Shown piece after piece: positions 37,058-46,001 of a stretch of DNA of 63,781 nucleotides. The notes under the pieces are model-generated. The model did not search any database. It was not told where the DNA came from and was given only the letters and a program-made list of their open reading frames with translations. The stretch spans positions 1 to 63,781 of the IMG/VR virus record IMGVR_UViG_3300038309_000160. One strand, given 5' to 3'. How positions within the stretch are numbered: the first letter of the stretch is position 1; each line of letters begins with the position of its first letter. A program made the position numbers and the translations under genes. The stretch comes from a virus (lineage: Duplodnaviria > Caudoviricetes).

Positions 37058-37855
37058 TCAAGATGGAGTAACAGTATTTGGTTGTTTAATAACTGTCTTG
37101 CCTTCAAGATAAGCCTTGACAAGCTCAGATAAGGTAATGTCTTCAATCTTGTCCATATCAAAAACTCTCGTTTTTGCCTCAAAATTCAGCTTCTCTGTAA
37201 AATAGATTTGCCTCTTTGATCCTTTGCTGACCAGAAGATAGGCTTCATCAAAATCTGTAGCAAGTAATTGTCTGAACTGGCCATTTACAGCTGGATATCT
37301 TGCAACAACTTCTTGATCTTTATTCATTAAAACGTGAAGATGAACTGTTACAGCTACAGCACAAGGCAACTCTTGCAAAGAAGATGTAAGAGTTGTCATC
37401 CATTGTAAAAGCTGTCCCCAGTGTGCTGGAGCCATACCGAGTTTCATATCAATCTTCTTGCCAATACCACTTGGAGTTACTCCGGCTTTCTTGGCAATTT
37501 CTTTAATAGCCTTTTGATTCGCGTTAGTTAGGGAGTCAAGAACAAGTAATCCTTGATTTTCAAGAAGCCAATTAAAAAGACCATTTTTTTCATCTTCCTG
37601 GAATTGCTTCCAGAAATCTGAAAATTCAATAGAATTTGAAGAGAAATTATCTATTGTAATGTCAGTTCGATTTCCCATTATCTTTTCAATTGTTTTTTCA
37701 CCACCTTTGTCAAAGAGATAATAATGGATAGGTCCCTGATCATAGGTAGCTGTGAAATGAGTTTTGCCACTACCAGAATTTCCTGTAAGCAAAAATTTAA
37801 GATCAAACTTTCTTTGTTTTGCTGATAACTTTGTTTTGTTCGGAGGAGTTGTCAT
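37058..37855 (-). CDS. AAA_24 / Sak4-like recombination ATPase
   Basis: GNSGSGKT Walker A, LVLDSLT Walker B; SSB and exonuclease neighbours. Confidence 0.75.
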   Translation of the reverse strand: MTTPPNKTKLSAKQRKFDLKFLLTGNSGSGKTHFTATYDQGPIHYYLFDKGGEKTIEKIMGNRTDITIDNFSSNSIEFSDFWKQFQEDEKNGLFNWLLENQGLLVLDSLTNANQKAIKEIAKKAGVTPSGIGKKIDMKLGMAPAHWGQLLQWMTTLTSSLQELPCAVAVTVHLHVLMNKDQEVVARYPAVNGQFRQLLATDFDEAYLLVSKGSKRQIYFTEKLNFEAKTRVFDMDKIEDITLSELVKAYLEGKTVIKQPNTVTPS

Positions 37856-37884
37856 TTGAAAAATCCTTTCAATGATTATTATTG

Positions 37885-38130
37885 TTATTTACGATATCTT
37901 GCTTCATATTTTGCTTCACAAGAATCCATACAAGCAAAATTCTTTTCTCTACATGATTCTGACGGTTTAGTTCTTTTTTGCTTATCGACACAATCTTTCA
38001 TTTTTTCATAACATTCAGCCCGGCAATCTATGTATTCATTATATCCAGGCTGGCCAGGACGAGGCCATTTGGCATAAGCAACAATAGTTAAAACAAAAGT
38101 TAAGATAAGAATAATAAATAATTTTTTCAT
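37885..38130 (-). CDS. Secreted Cys-rich small protein
   Basis: Signal peptide MKKLFIILILTFVLTIVAYA; six cysteines (CX3CX6C...CX6CX3C). Confidence 0.6.
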   Translation of the reverse strand: MKKLFIILILTFVLTIVAYAKWPRPGQPGYNEYIDCRAECYEKMKDCVDKQKRTKPSESCREKNFACMDSCEAKYEARYRK

Positions 38131-38149
38131 TTTTCTATCTCCTTTAATT

Positions 38150-38312
38150 TAAAAACTGTGCCACAATGCGTGATTTTAAGGAGCAGAATTTCTCCACCAT
38201 AGAGCTTCGCTTTTTTAGCTTCCAGGACCATCCTGGTGTTTCTATGGTGCTGTAATCCCGTGCATTGTCGGGCGGCTGGTTAGGCCACTTTGTCATTCTG
38301 GCACAGTTTTTA
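38150..38312 (-). ncRNA. Candidate structured non-coding RNA
   Basis: 14-bp closing stem with nested stems ACAATGC/GCATTGT, CACCATAGA/TCTATGGTG and CCAGGA/TCCTGG in a GC-rich intergenic gap. Confidence 0.5.
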
Positions 38313-38313
38313 G

Positions 38314-39285
38314 TTAATTTGATAATCTTTTCTTTGTTTCTTCTTCATGCTCTTCAGGATTCCATTCTTTAAAATGAAATCCTTGAGGTGCTTTGTTTAA
38401 CCATAACAATGGATTGTTACGAAGTCTACATAAATCATAATAAGCGCAGGTTGTCATAAATGTAGTACATGAATATCCAGGGCTGCGTGGAAATGATTTA
38501 AGAATATCAGATCTATCGAGACATTTCATCTTATCTTCTTCAAGCAAGATTAAGTTTTCTTTAATTTGCTTAATATAAAAAACAAGGTTAGCTAAAAAAT
38601 GTTCAATAGCTGCCGAGCGTTTGTTTATTGTAATTGGTTGAAAATCAATCTTGGTTTTTTGACACAAAGCTACACGATAAGTAATAGATGGAATCTTATC
38701 ATAGAAAAGACGTCCAGCAGTTAAGTAGCCATCAGTTTGAAAGGACATCTCGTATGTTTGTGGGGAAGTTTTATATATTGCCTTGGCTGTTTTATGATCG
38801 ATAATTTCAATGCCATCACCGTTTGAAAGAATCAAATCTAATCGACCAATATAATCAGGCAAGTTTTTTTCATTTGTTATAGTAGATAAATCAATTGCAA
38901 AAGGAGCTTCTACAGCTATAATTTTACGGTCATTTGTATCTAAAGAAAGGAAACGATCCCAGTATGCTTTGTACATATTAGCAGCATGTCCAGGGGATTT
39001 AGGAAAAATAAGATCTTCATCTTTCCAGAAAGGTTCACCATCAAGTTTCCATAGCGCATTGAATGCTTTGATAGAAATAATTGTGCAATCAACAGATGAT
39101 GTGTGTGGATTTTCCATTAGGTGTTGATATGTAGCCTCAAGACCATAATGCCAGCAGGCACCGAAAACTAAATGAATACTTTGCCCTGCTGGACGAAGAT
39201 TCATTATGTATTGGAATAAAAATTCACGAGGACAACTTAAATAGGTGCTTAATGAACTGTAATCAATCTTTTTATTATAATCCAT
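38314..39285 (-). CDS. PD-(D/E)XK (RecB/Cas4-like) exonuclease
   Basis: YSSLSTYLSCP, FGACWH, GRLDLI...IIDHKT and a C-terminal C...CAYYDLC. Confidence 0.85.
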   Translation of the reverse strand: MDYNKKIDYSSLSTYLSCPREFLFQYIMNLRPAGQSIHLVFGACWHYGLEATYQHLMENPHTSSVDCTIISIKAFNALWKLDGEPFWKDEDLIFPKSPGHAANMYKAYWDRFLSLDTNDRKIIAVEAPFAIDLSTITNEKNLPDYIGRLDLILSNGDGIEIIDHKTAKAIYKTSPQTYEMSFQTDGYLTAGRLFYDKIPSITYRVALCQKTKIDFQPITINKRSAAIEHFLANLVFYIKQIKENLILLEEDKMKCLDRSDILKSFPRSPGYSCTTFMTTCAYYDLCRLRNNPLLWLNKAPQGFHFKEWNPEEHEEETKKRLSN

Positions 39286-39315
39286 TTGAAAAATCCTTTC
39301 AAATTAAAAAGAGTT

Positions 39316-39353
39316 AAAGTAGGGCAGGCAATGGTGGGAACCTGCCCTACTTT
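39316..39353 (-). terminator. Hairpin downstream of 39376-39735
   Basis: AAAGTAGGGCAGG-loop-CCTGCCCTACTTT. Confidence 0.55.
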
Positions 39354-39375
39354 AATCACTTATGGCGCCAATAAA

Positions 39376-39735
39376 TTAGCTGTCAAAACTGGCCAACAGG
39401 GCGGCCCGAACATCAGGCGGCAGATTACCCAGAGCTTCACGCGCCTTCTCTTCGGGAGACTTCGTAATACGGAGAGACGGTTTCCAGTCAGTGTAGTCTT
39501 CAGCCAGAATAGCTTCGTCACTGTTGGCAAACTGATCATTGTCGTCTTTCTCTTCCAGTTTGCGCCGAACAACAGCACGGAAAGAAACCTTCAACTGGTT
39601 ACGAATCATATTGACGGCCAGCTCAGCCCCCAACGCCTCGACCAGTTCTTCAATCGATGTCAGACCCAAAACTTCAGGTTCTTTGACATCGATTTCACGA
39701 TTAGCCTGATTTGATACGACCTTGATGTTGCTCAT
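39376..39735 (-). CDS. Hypothetical early protein
   Basis: AAGGAG RBS, its own sigma-70-type promoter and a downstream hairpin. Confidence 0.75.
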   Translation of the reverse strand: MSNIKVVSNQANREIDVKEPEVLGLTSIEELVEALGAELAVNMIRNQLKVSFRAVVRRKLEEKDDNDQFANSDEAILAEDYTDWKPSLRITKSPEEKAREALGNLPPDVRAALLASFDS

Positions 39736-39808
39736 GTTTTTTCTCCTTTGTTTGTGTTATGGGCTTATGCCCGGTAATGTTTTGCCGGCTTTTCCGGCCC
39801 TTTTTACC

Positions 39809-39837
39809 TTTTTACACCAAAAAAACCCCGTTGTCAA
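39809..39837 (-). promoter_or_regulatory. Sigma-70-type promoter
   Basis: TTGACA-17 bp-TAAAAA with upstream A-tracts. Confidence 0.6.
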
Positions 39838-39934
39838 CCTTTTTTTCAATTTTTTTCAAAAATGTTTCTAATGACCAATCACCCCTTTCATTGTTAAAGT
39901 TCATGCTCAGTTATTCAAAAACAACCATCTTCTT

Positions 39935-41413
39935 TTAATTACATTGTTGTTCAATCAAAAATTTTTCATAGTTCAACTTTTTAGCTTGTTCGAATGATGC
40001 AGGAAAACAAGCTTGACATTTGCTTAAATCAAGATGATGCAATGCTCGAGATGCAGCAACATACAGAATGTTTGTCTCCTCTAATGTTGGTAAAGTATCT
40101 TCATTTGGATATTTAAAATCATTTGCCAGGCGTACAATAGGCCATTCTAAACCTTTGGCTTTGTGTGTTGTAGTTATTGTTACATCGGCATCTTTAGCAT
40201 TTTCTGCAGTGGAACTTAAAATATTTAGTAATTTTTCCCTGGTGTAAGCATCAATAAGTTTTAATACTGGCTTAATATCACCACCCATTAGAGAGTTAGC
40301 ATATTCCAAGAGATCTGAATAACTATTAAATAAGAAAAGGTCTGGATGGTTTGTATATCCTTGGATTTTAAGCTGTTGAATGGAGTTAATTAAATATACA
40401 ATTGGTTGAATACCTCCAAGGATGTGAACTTTACAGTTATGGTTTAACATATCAATGGTTTCAGATATAACTCCTTTATTTGTTCTACAGATGACACACG
40501 AAGGAACTTTTGGCTCATATGAAACAGTTGATTCTACATTATCATTACCATAGAAAGGAATATAAGGAAAATCATGTGGATAATAACTGGTAATAATGCG
40601 ATTTACCAAAAGAGCGATGTTATTTCCAAATCGGAATGATTTTGTAATATGTAGCATGTCTAAACTTTTGTCCTGCAAGGCATTTATAGCTCCTCGCCAG
40701 GCATAAATTTGCTGAAATTGGTCTCCAACAAAGATTTTTTGACATTCTTGGTTTTTAATAATGTTTGCAATGACTGGATTACTATCTTGATATTCGTCGA
40801 AAAAGATATAATCCTTTTTTATAATTGGATTTGTTAATGCCCAGATTTTTAAGTAAACATCATGGGTAATTGGTAAAGATTCGTTAGGATCAATCATTTT
40901 GGCAAAGATTTTTCTTGCTTGAACAATTAAATCTTCTTTTACAATATCAAGCTTGGTTTCATCTAAAATTGGAAGCTGTGGCAAATGGTTTTCACTAATA
41001 ACTTTGTTTGCTGAATAACAGTATTTACGTATTGTATTTAGAATTAGGTATCCTTTGTTGGATGGTGTGTTATAAAGATGCCAGTCCCCGATATCTTCAG
41101 TGTCTGCAAGATGTTTGCCTGTTAATTTCTTTAAACGCTGTTTGTATTTGTAGCCAATAGCACCATAAGCAAGTGCATGACCAGTTTTACACATAACTGA
41201 TGAACAAAACTTTTCAGATGCTTCAACAGATAAGATTTTGTTGAAAGAAATTGATAAACCATAACCTTTTAGTTTTCTTGCCAGAGCTAAAAGAAGAAAT
41301 GTTTTGCCACTTCCTGGAGGTGCCTGGATAGCATAATCCTGGCCTGTACTTATTATGGTATTTATATGAGATTCTTGTTCATCAGTAAGGATTTTACCTT
41401 TGTATTTTATCAT
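39935..41413 (-). CDS. UvrD-like superfamily 1 helicase
   Basis: APPGSGKT, FDEYQD, VGDQFQQIY, SFRFG, TTHKAKGLEW and YVAASRA motifs. Confidence 0.92.
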   Translation of the reverse strand: MIKYKGKILTDEQESHINTIISTGQDYAIQAPPGSGKTFLLLALARKLKGYGLSISFNKILSVEASEKFCSSVMCKTGHALAYGAIGYKYKQRLKKLTGKHLADTEDIGDWHLYNTPSNKGYLILNTIRKYCYSANKVISENHLPQLPILDETKLDIVKEDLIVQARKIFAKMIDPNESLPITHDVYLKIWALTNPIIKKDYIFFDEYQDSNPVIANIIKNQECQKIFVGDQFQQIYAWRGAINALQDKSLDMLHITKSFRFGNNIALLVNRIITSYYPHDFPYIPFYGNDNVESTVSYEPKVPSCVICRTNKGVISETIDMLNHNCKVHILGGIQPIVYLINSIQQLKIQGYTNHPDLFLFNSYSDLLEYANSLMGGDIKPVLKLIDAYTREKLLNILSSTAENAKDADVTITTTHKAKGLEWPIVRLANDFKYPNEDTLPTLEETNILYVAASRALHHLDLSKCQACFPASFEQAKKLNYEKFLIEQQCN

Positions 41414-41598
41414 GATAGGACCTCTGTAACATTATGAGAAAAGGAATAACTATTATCTGATAATAAATAAAGAATTAAATTACTTGTACCATCAATAGGG
41501 TCATGTTTTTTTATTTCTTTTACATCAAAAATAGGACCTTCTGGTTTTCCTGCCTTCTGAGTACCGTCATAAGGATGATTTTTTCTTACTTTTAGCAT
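41410..41598 (-). CDS. Hypothetical protein (probable start ATG 41598)
   Basis: AAGGAG RBS. Confidence 0.5.
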   Translation of the reverse strand: MLKVRKNHPYDGTQKAGKPEGPIFDVKEIKKHDPIDGTSNLILYLLSDNSYSFSHNVTEVLS

Positions 41599-41608
41599 GA
41601 TAACTCCT

Positions 41609-41794
41609 TTAATCCAATAATTCAACTGTATGAATATGGTAATAAGGTAGCATTTGAAAACGCTCAGGTTCTCTTTTTTTAAGTTCTTTCTCTTTCTTAT
41701 TAAGAAAATTTTTAGCTTTTCTTTCTTTTGTAAAGGCTCTTATAAAATCATCATTATTCATTACTATATAGATGTATTTTTTCTCTTGTAGCAT
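41609..41794 (-). CDS. Hypothetical protein
   Basis: AAGGAG RBS. Confidence 0.55.
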   Translation of the reverse strand: MLQEKKYIYIVMNNDDFIRAFTKERKAKNFLNKKEKELKKREPERFQMLPYYHIHTVELLD

Positions 41795-41806
41795 GATAAC
41801 TCCTTT

Positions 41807-42229
41807 TTAATTAAGAAAATACTCATCTGAATTAAAAGAATAAGAATGAACTTTTCCAAGAATAATATGGTCAAGACAAGGAATTTCTAAAAAATCGCCA
41901 ACTAGTTTCAATTGTTTTGTTTTTTTATGATCATCCCGTGATGGTTTTGGATCACCTGAAGGATGGTTATGGCTAACAATAATTGCAAAAGCACCATGAG
42001 TTATTGCTTGTCTAAATATGTCTCGTGGATGCGCAGTGGAAAAATCTAATGTTCCTAAATGTGTTAAATCGATATAAATAATCTTATTTTGTGCAGTTAC
42101 TCCAATTGTCCAAAAATGTTCTTTTGCTTGATCTGCTAAATCTTCAGCAGATAAAAGTTTATTAAGGATTTTAATAATTTTGCTTGGTTTGTTAATTGTT
42201 TTACCTATTTCTTTTGTTTGAATAAGCAT
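41807..42229 (-). CDS. RadC-like JAB domain protein
   Basis: KEHF, HPRDIF, HNHPSGDPKPSRDD and LDHIILG motifs. Confidence 0.9.
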   Translation of the reverse strand: MLIQTKEIGKTINKPSKIIKILNKLLSAEDLADQAKEHFWTIGVTAQNKIIYIDLTHLGTLDFSTAHPRDIFRQAITHGAFAIIVSHNHPSGDPKPSRDDHKKTKQLKLVGDFLEIPCLDHIILGKVHSYSFNSDEYFLN

Positions 42230-42465
42230 TATTTATTCCTTTCTATTAGGAATTGATTAAAGTATGCTTGAGGCATTTCTTTTGCTTCTTTTCCAGCTAA
42301 CCATTTGTTGATATGTTTAGTTGTTGTTATTGACCAGTATGCTTGAGTCCTGAATGCTTTACATTCTTTATTGATTATTGCAACTGGTACATTATAACTA
42401 AAAAGAATTTTATTATCATCAATTGAAAGTTCTATACAATTGCTAGTTATCTTTTTTAGTTTCAT
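42229..42465 (-). CDS. Hypothetical phage protein
   Basis: AAGGAG RBS; LFSYNVPVA...[13 protein letters not shown]. Confidence 0.6.
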   Translation of the reverse strand: MKLKKITSNCIELSIDDNKILFSYNVPVAIINKECKAFRTQAYWSITTTKHINKWLAGKEAKEMPQAYFNQFLIERNK

Positions 42466-42655
42466 TAGAATTCTCCTTTTTATATCTTGCTTCATTTAAC
42501 AATCTGTCACGAGTTTGTTCTTTACGAAGTAAACAACAATGCTTATATTTTTTTCCTGATCCGCAAGGACAAAGATCATTACGTCCTATTTTAGGCTGTT
42601 TATAACGAAATGTTTCGCCTCTATAAACTAAGACAACTCTAGAATCTTTATTCAT
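42443..42655 (-). CDS. SEC-C (SecA C-terminal Zn-binding) motif protein
   Basis: [20 protein letters not shown]; GGAGG RBS before ATG 42655. Confidence 0.85.
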   Translation of the reverse strand: MNKDSRVVLVYRGETFRYKQPKIGRNDLCPCGSGKKYKHCCLLRKEQTRDRLLNEARYKKENSNETKKDN

Positions 42656-42884
42656 TAAAGACCTCCGTAGGATTGAAAAAATTGTTAATAACATCATCTA
42701 ATGAAGACACAATTAATTCTTCTTTGTCTTCATTTTCTTCAGGCAAAAAGATTAGATGAACAGTCAAAGTTTGTTTTTCTCTATTTTGTTCATCTTTACA
42801 TTTTTTACAACATGGGATTACTTTCTCTTTTAAATCTTTGACTGTCATAAGAGTTGGAGAGCCGCAAAATTTACAAATCATCAT
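42648..42884 (-). CDS. Small Zn-finger protein
   Basis: CKFC...CCKKC. Confidence 0.55.
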   Translation of the reverse strand: MMICKFCGSPTLMTVKDLKEKVIPCCKKCKDEQNREKQTLTVHLIFLPEENEDKEELIVSSLDDVINNFFNPTEVFNE

Positions 42885-42886
42885 AA

Positions 42887-43150
42887 TTATTCTCCTTTTA
42901 ACAAATCTTGGATGCCAAGAACTTTGTTCTTTTTATTCTGAGTTATTAGCTGGTTAATTTTTTGCCTTGCCTCAATAGAAGCTTTTTCAGTAACATTTTC
43001 ACATAAAGAAAGAATGCCATAATAAAATGTTGTTCTGACAATTTGAGATATAGTGTTAAGTTGAGATGGATCTGTACCCTTATTGAGGAGACCATCCAAT
43101 GCTTTTGCCAATTCTTCTTGAGTTGTTCTAAAAGATACGACGGTAGACAT
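42887..43150 (-). CDS. Ribbon-helix-helix-like protein
   Basis: N-terminal VVSFRT strand followed by helices; resembles 44267-44578. Confidence 0.45.
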   Translation of the reverse strand: MSTVVSFRTTQEELAKALDGLLNKGTDPSQLNTISQIVRTTFYYGILSLCENVTEKASIEARQKINQLITQNKKNKVLGIQDLLKGE

Positions 43151-43155
43151 GATTG

Positions 43156-43371
43156 TTAGCCTTTCTTAATAAGATAAGCATCCATAAGTTCTTGTGTCAA
43201 TTTGAGAATGCGTTCTGCTGCATTTAGTAAGTTTATACGAGTTTCGTTTAGCTCATATTCTTCTGTCTCTCTCCAGGAATTGTCTTTAGAACTGCAGGCA
43301 TACCTTTTAAGTTCTTCAATATCACATAAAGCATCTTTTCTCCATTTTTTTAAGGTTTTTTCAGTAAGCAT
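43156..43371 (-). CDS. Hypothetical protein
   Basis: AAGGAG RBS. Confidence 0.55.
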   Translation of the reverse strand: MLTEKTLKKWRKDALCDIEELKRYACSSKDNSWRETEEYELNETRINLLNAAERILKLTQELMDAYLIKKG

Positions 43372-43394
43372 TTTATTCTCCTTTTAAATTGATT

Positions 43395-43583
43395 TTATAA
43401 AAATTCATCCAAATAATCTGGCTCCAAGCCAAAGAATTCTTCACAAATATTTTGAGCACTTTCAAAATCGTTATCATCAATATAATTGTCAAAGGCTTCC
43501 TTGGCATCTGCAATACATTCATCTGCTTTCTCAGCAGTGAGGTTGTCACGAGATATGAGGATTTGCTTGATTGTTTTTCTCAT
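43395..43583 (-). CDS. Small acidic hypothetical phage protein
   Basis: AAGGAG RBS; ...EEFFGLEPDYL C-terminus. Confidence 0.6.
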   Translation of the reverse strand: MRKTIKQILISRDNLTAEKADECIADAKEAFDNYIDDNDFESAQNICEEFFGLEPDYLDEFL

Positions 43584-43595
43584 TGTCTTTTCTCC

Positions 43596-44045
43596 TTATT
43601 CTTTGCAAGAAATAATGGTTTCAAATTCCTGAACTTCGTATTCAATTTGTTTTGTTTTTTTAATTGTTCTGCCTGTAGGAATTTTTTTGATGGTGCATAA
43701 TGAATTGTTTGAAATATTAGCTACAATACATAAATATAAAGCCCAACCGTCATCATCACAAAAATCTGTCCAATAAGTAACAGTTGTTTGTTCAATAGTA
43801 CGTTTCCATTTTGTGTTAAAAGTATCTGACAGTTTTGGAATTAAAGTAAGCTCTATGGAATCTAAATCTTCTGTAGAATAATAAAGATAAGCCATACTAT
43901 CATAAACGGATTCTCTTAACTTTTCCTTTGTTATTCCAATAGCTTCTTCAATGATGTCGGCATAAAATTCACATTTTTTATGCGAGGCAACCATTTGATG
44001 ATGTTCTGCATTAACAATTTTTAATCGTTCTGATAAATTTAGCAT
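43596..44045 (-). CDS. Hypothetical protein
   Basis: AAGGAG RBS before MLNLS; start coordinate approximate. Confidence 0.5.
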   Translation of the reverse strand: MLNLSERLKIVNAEHHQMVASHKKCEFYADIIEEAIGITKEKLRESVYDSMAYLYYSTEDLDSIELTLIPKLSDTFNTKWKRTIEQTTVTYWTDFCDDDGWALYLCIVANISNNSLCTIKKIPTGRTIKKTKQIEYEVQEFETIISCKE

Positions 44046-44059
44046 TATAGTATCTCCTT

Positions 44060-44254
44060 TTAAAGTTTTTGCCAATCGTATGCTTTTTTCTTTATTGCGT
44101 TTAATAATCTTCCATGAGATTTTTTATATTTTTTCATTAAATAATTTAAGGTGCTCGTATCAATAAAATATTCATAAGCAACTCCTTTAATCAGGAAACA
44201 TATTCTTGAAGTCATGTTTATAGTCATAATGTCAGAGATTTGAAAAGTTTTCAT
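44060..44254 (-). CDS. Hypothetical protein
   Basis: AAGGA RBS. Confidence 0.5.
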   Translation of the reverse strand: MKTFQISDIMTINMTSRICFLIKGVAYEYFIDTSTLNYLMKKYKKSHGRLLNAIKKKAYDWQKL

Positions 44255-44266
44255 TTTAAAATCCTT

Positions 44267-44578
44267 TTATGACCAGTCTTTTGGTGGACTAAAATCTTCT
44301 ACAGTACTAATAATTGAGTCATTTTGACTTCTGGCAAACTCCTTTAATGATGTAATCGGTTTTTTAGGTGTATATAACATACTTTCTATTTCATCTAAAT
44401 AATGTTGTGGCACGGCATCTGGTTTGTTTAAAGACATCTTTGCTAAGTAATCAATATAAAGAGTTTTTACAAGTTTTGATATACTTGTAAGTTGATAGTT
44501 TGGCTCTAATTGGCGGATGATTTGAAGTCCACGGGCCAATTGAAATGGTGATAGACGAAAGTTTATAATGGGATTCAT
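44267..44578 (-). CDS. Ribbon-helix-helix-like protein
   Basis: IINFRL strand followed by helices; resembles 42887-43150. Confidence 0.45.
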   Translation of the reverse strand: MNPIINFRLSPFQLARGLQIIRQLEPNYQLTSISKLVKTLYIDYLAKMSLNKPDAVPQHYLDEIESMLYTPKKPITSLKEFARSQNDSIISTVEDFSPPKDWS

Positions 44579-44580
44579 TT

Positions 44581-45036
44581 TTACTTCTCCTTAATATCTT
44601 CCAGTTGTTGAGATAGTGATTCACATTCTTTTATACAATAGTCAAGAGATCTTACTGGTCTAAATGGATTTGTTTTTGAGCCATCATTAAAATGATTACA
44701 ATCAAAACCAAACCACCAGATGTTTTCTTTTTCTATTGGATAACCAGCACCTCCTGAATAAGTTAGCCCTCCATGAACATTAAAAAATATGTCTGGTGAT
44801 ATTGATTCTCCATCATAACAAAGGAGTGGAATTATTCCTTTTTTATCTATAGAAGATTTTTCAAGAGCTTCTTTGAATTTGAACAAAAAATCGCTTTTTT
44901 CAAAATATTTTTGTCCAAACAATGGATGATCTGGCTTAATTCCAACATAACCACAACGAGTGCCGGTATAATGATTCATAATAACTACACAAAGATTGTT
45001 AAGATGTTCCCAAGTTTTTTCAATAGTAAAAGCCAT
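44581..45036 (-). CDS. Conserved-looking phage hypothetical protein
   Basis: CGYVGI..DHP...VHGGLTY...WWFGFDCNH...YCIKECESLSQQL pattern. Confidence 0.7.
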   Translation of the reverse strand: MAFTIEKTWEHLNNLCVVIMNHYTGTRCGYVGIKPDHPLFGQKYFEKSDFLFKFKEALEKSSIDKKGIIPLLCYDGESISPDIFFNVHGGLTYSGGAGYPIEKENIWWFGFDCNHFNDGSKTNPFRPVRSLDYCIKECESLSQQLEDIKEK

Positions 45037-45038
45037 TT

Positions 45039-45332
45039 TTATTTCTCCTTTAATTTTAAATTATTGCACCAAGAAGTATATTTTGGTGGTAAACTATTAA
45101 GGTCAATTGTACATTCGTTATTAAGCCAAAATTTAAAACTATTCATTCTGGTGGCATTGATGAAACCAGGCGGAATATTTTTATGATAGGCATCATAATA
45201 AAATTTGATTGTTGCTTTTTGATTTATAATGTCCCAGGATGTTAGTTTTGGTACAGAGTTGTTAGTGAGAACAAATTTTGTTATAAGCAAAATATTTATT
45301 AGAATGCTAATTGTTAAGATGATTTTTATCAT
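45039..45332 (-). CDS. Membrane-anchored hypothetical protein
   Basis: N-terminal hydrophobic helix; GAGG RBS. Confidence 0.55.
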   Translation of the reverse strand: MIKIILTISILINILLITKFVLTNNSVPKLTSWDIINQKATIKFYYDAYHKNIPPGFINATRMNSFKFWLNNECTIDLNSLPPKYTSWCNNLKLKEK

Positions 45333-45351
45333 AATAACCTCTGCCGAGGCG

Positions 45352-45365
45352 GTTCACAGATGAAC
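45352..45365. repeat. GTTCA-N4-TGAAC palindrome
   Basis: GTTCACAGATGAAC. Confidence 0.8.
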
Positions 45366-46001
45366 AGCCAGTTTTTGTTTTTTAACTTTTCAAAAGAGTT
45401 ATACTTTTGATTAAAAGAAGAATTGAGATGATGAAAGAAATTAAAATGTGTTTTTTGATTCCTTTTATAAGGTTTTTCATAAGAGCCTCCAATTTAATCT
45501 AAATAGTTTCTTGGTATTAAAACACAACCAATTGCAAGAACAACAAATCCGATAAGTTTTGAAAGATAGAAATAGGTCAAATTGGTACAGTCGCTGGCAA
45601 GCATGATAATGCCAAAAATTATTAAGATGAATGAGATGTAATTTTTCATGATGAATTCTCCTTTTTAAATTTCTTCTTTCGCCTCTTCTTTATATGCTTA
45701 TGCATTCAATATATACTCATAATTTGAATCAATAATTTTAACATCTTCTGCTTTTATAGTTTCCAGAGAATAAACTTCAAATTCTCTTCTTTGAAAAGGG
45801 CTACGGAAAAATAATCCAATTTCTGTTTTATCTGAATCAAAAGTAATTATATCTTTCATTGGGACAAGTGTATTTATCCTTTGCAGTTACTTGGCTACAA
45901 GTAACATGCTCTTCTAATGTTTCAAGGTAATCTTGTCCTGAAACAATCAATTCTGTTTTGCATATTGGACACAAATATATATTCATTTTTCATTCTCCTT
46001 T

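Noticed and set aside
38150-38312. tRNA gene
   Set aside because: No T-loop GTTCRA or cloverleaf spacing on either strand.
38314-39285. Cas4 as evidence of a CRISPR system
   Set aside because: It sits with Sak4-like and SSB genes, the usual phage recombination context.
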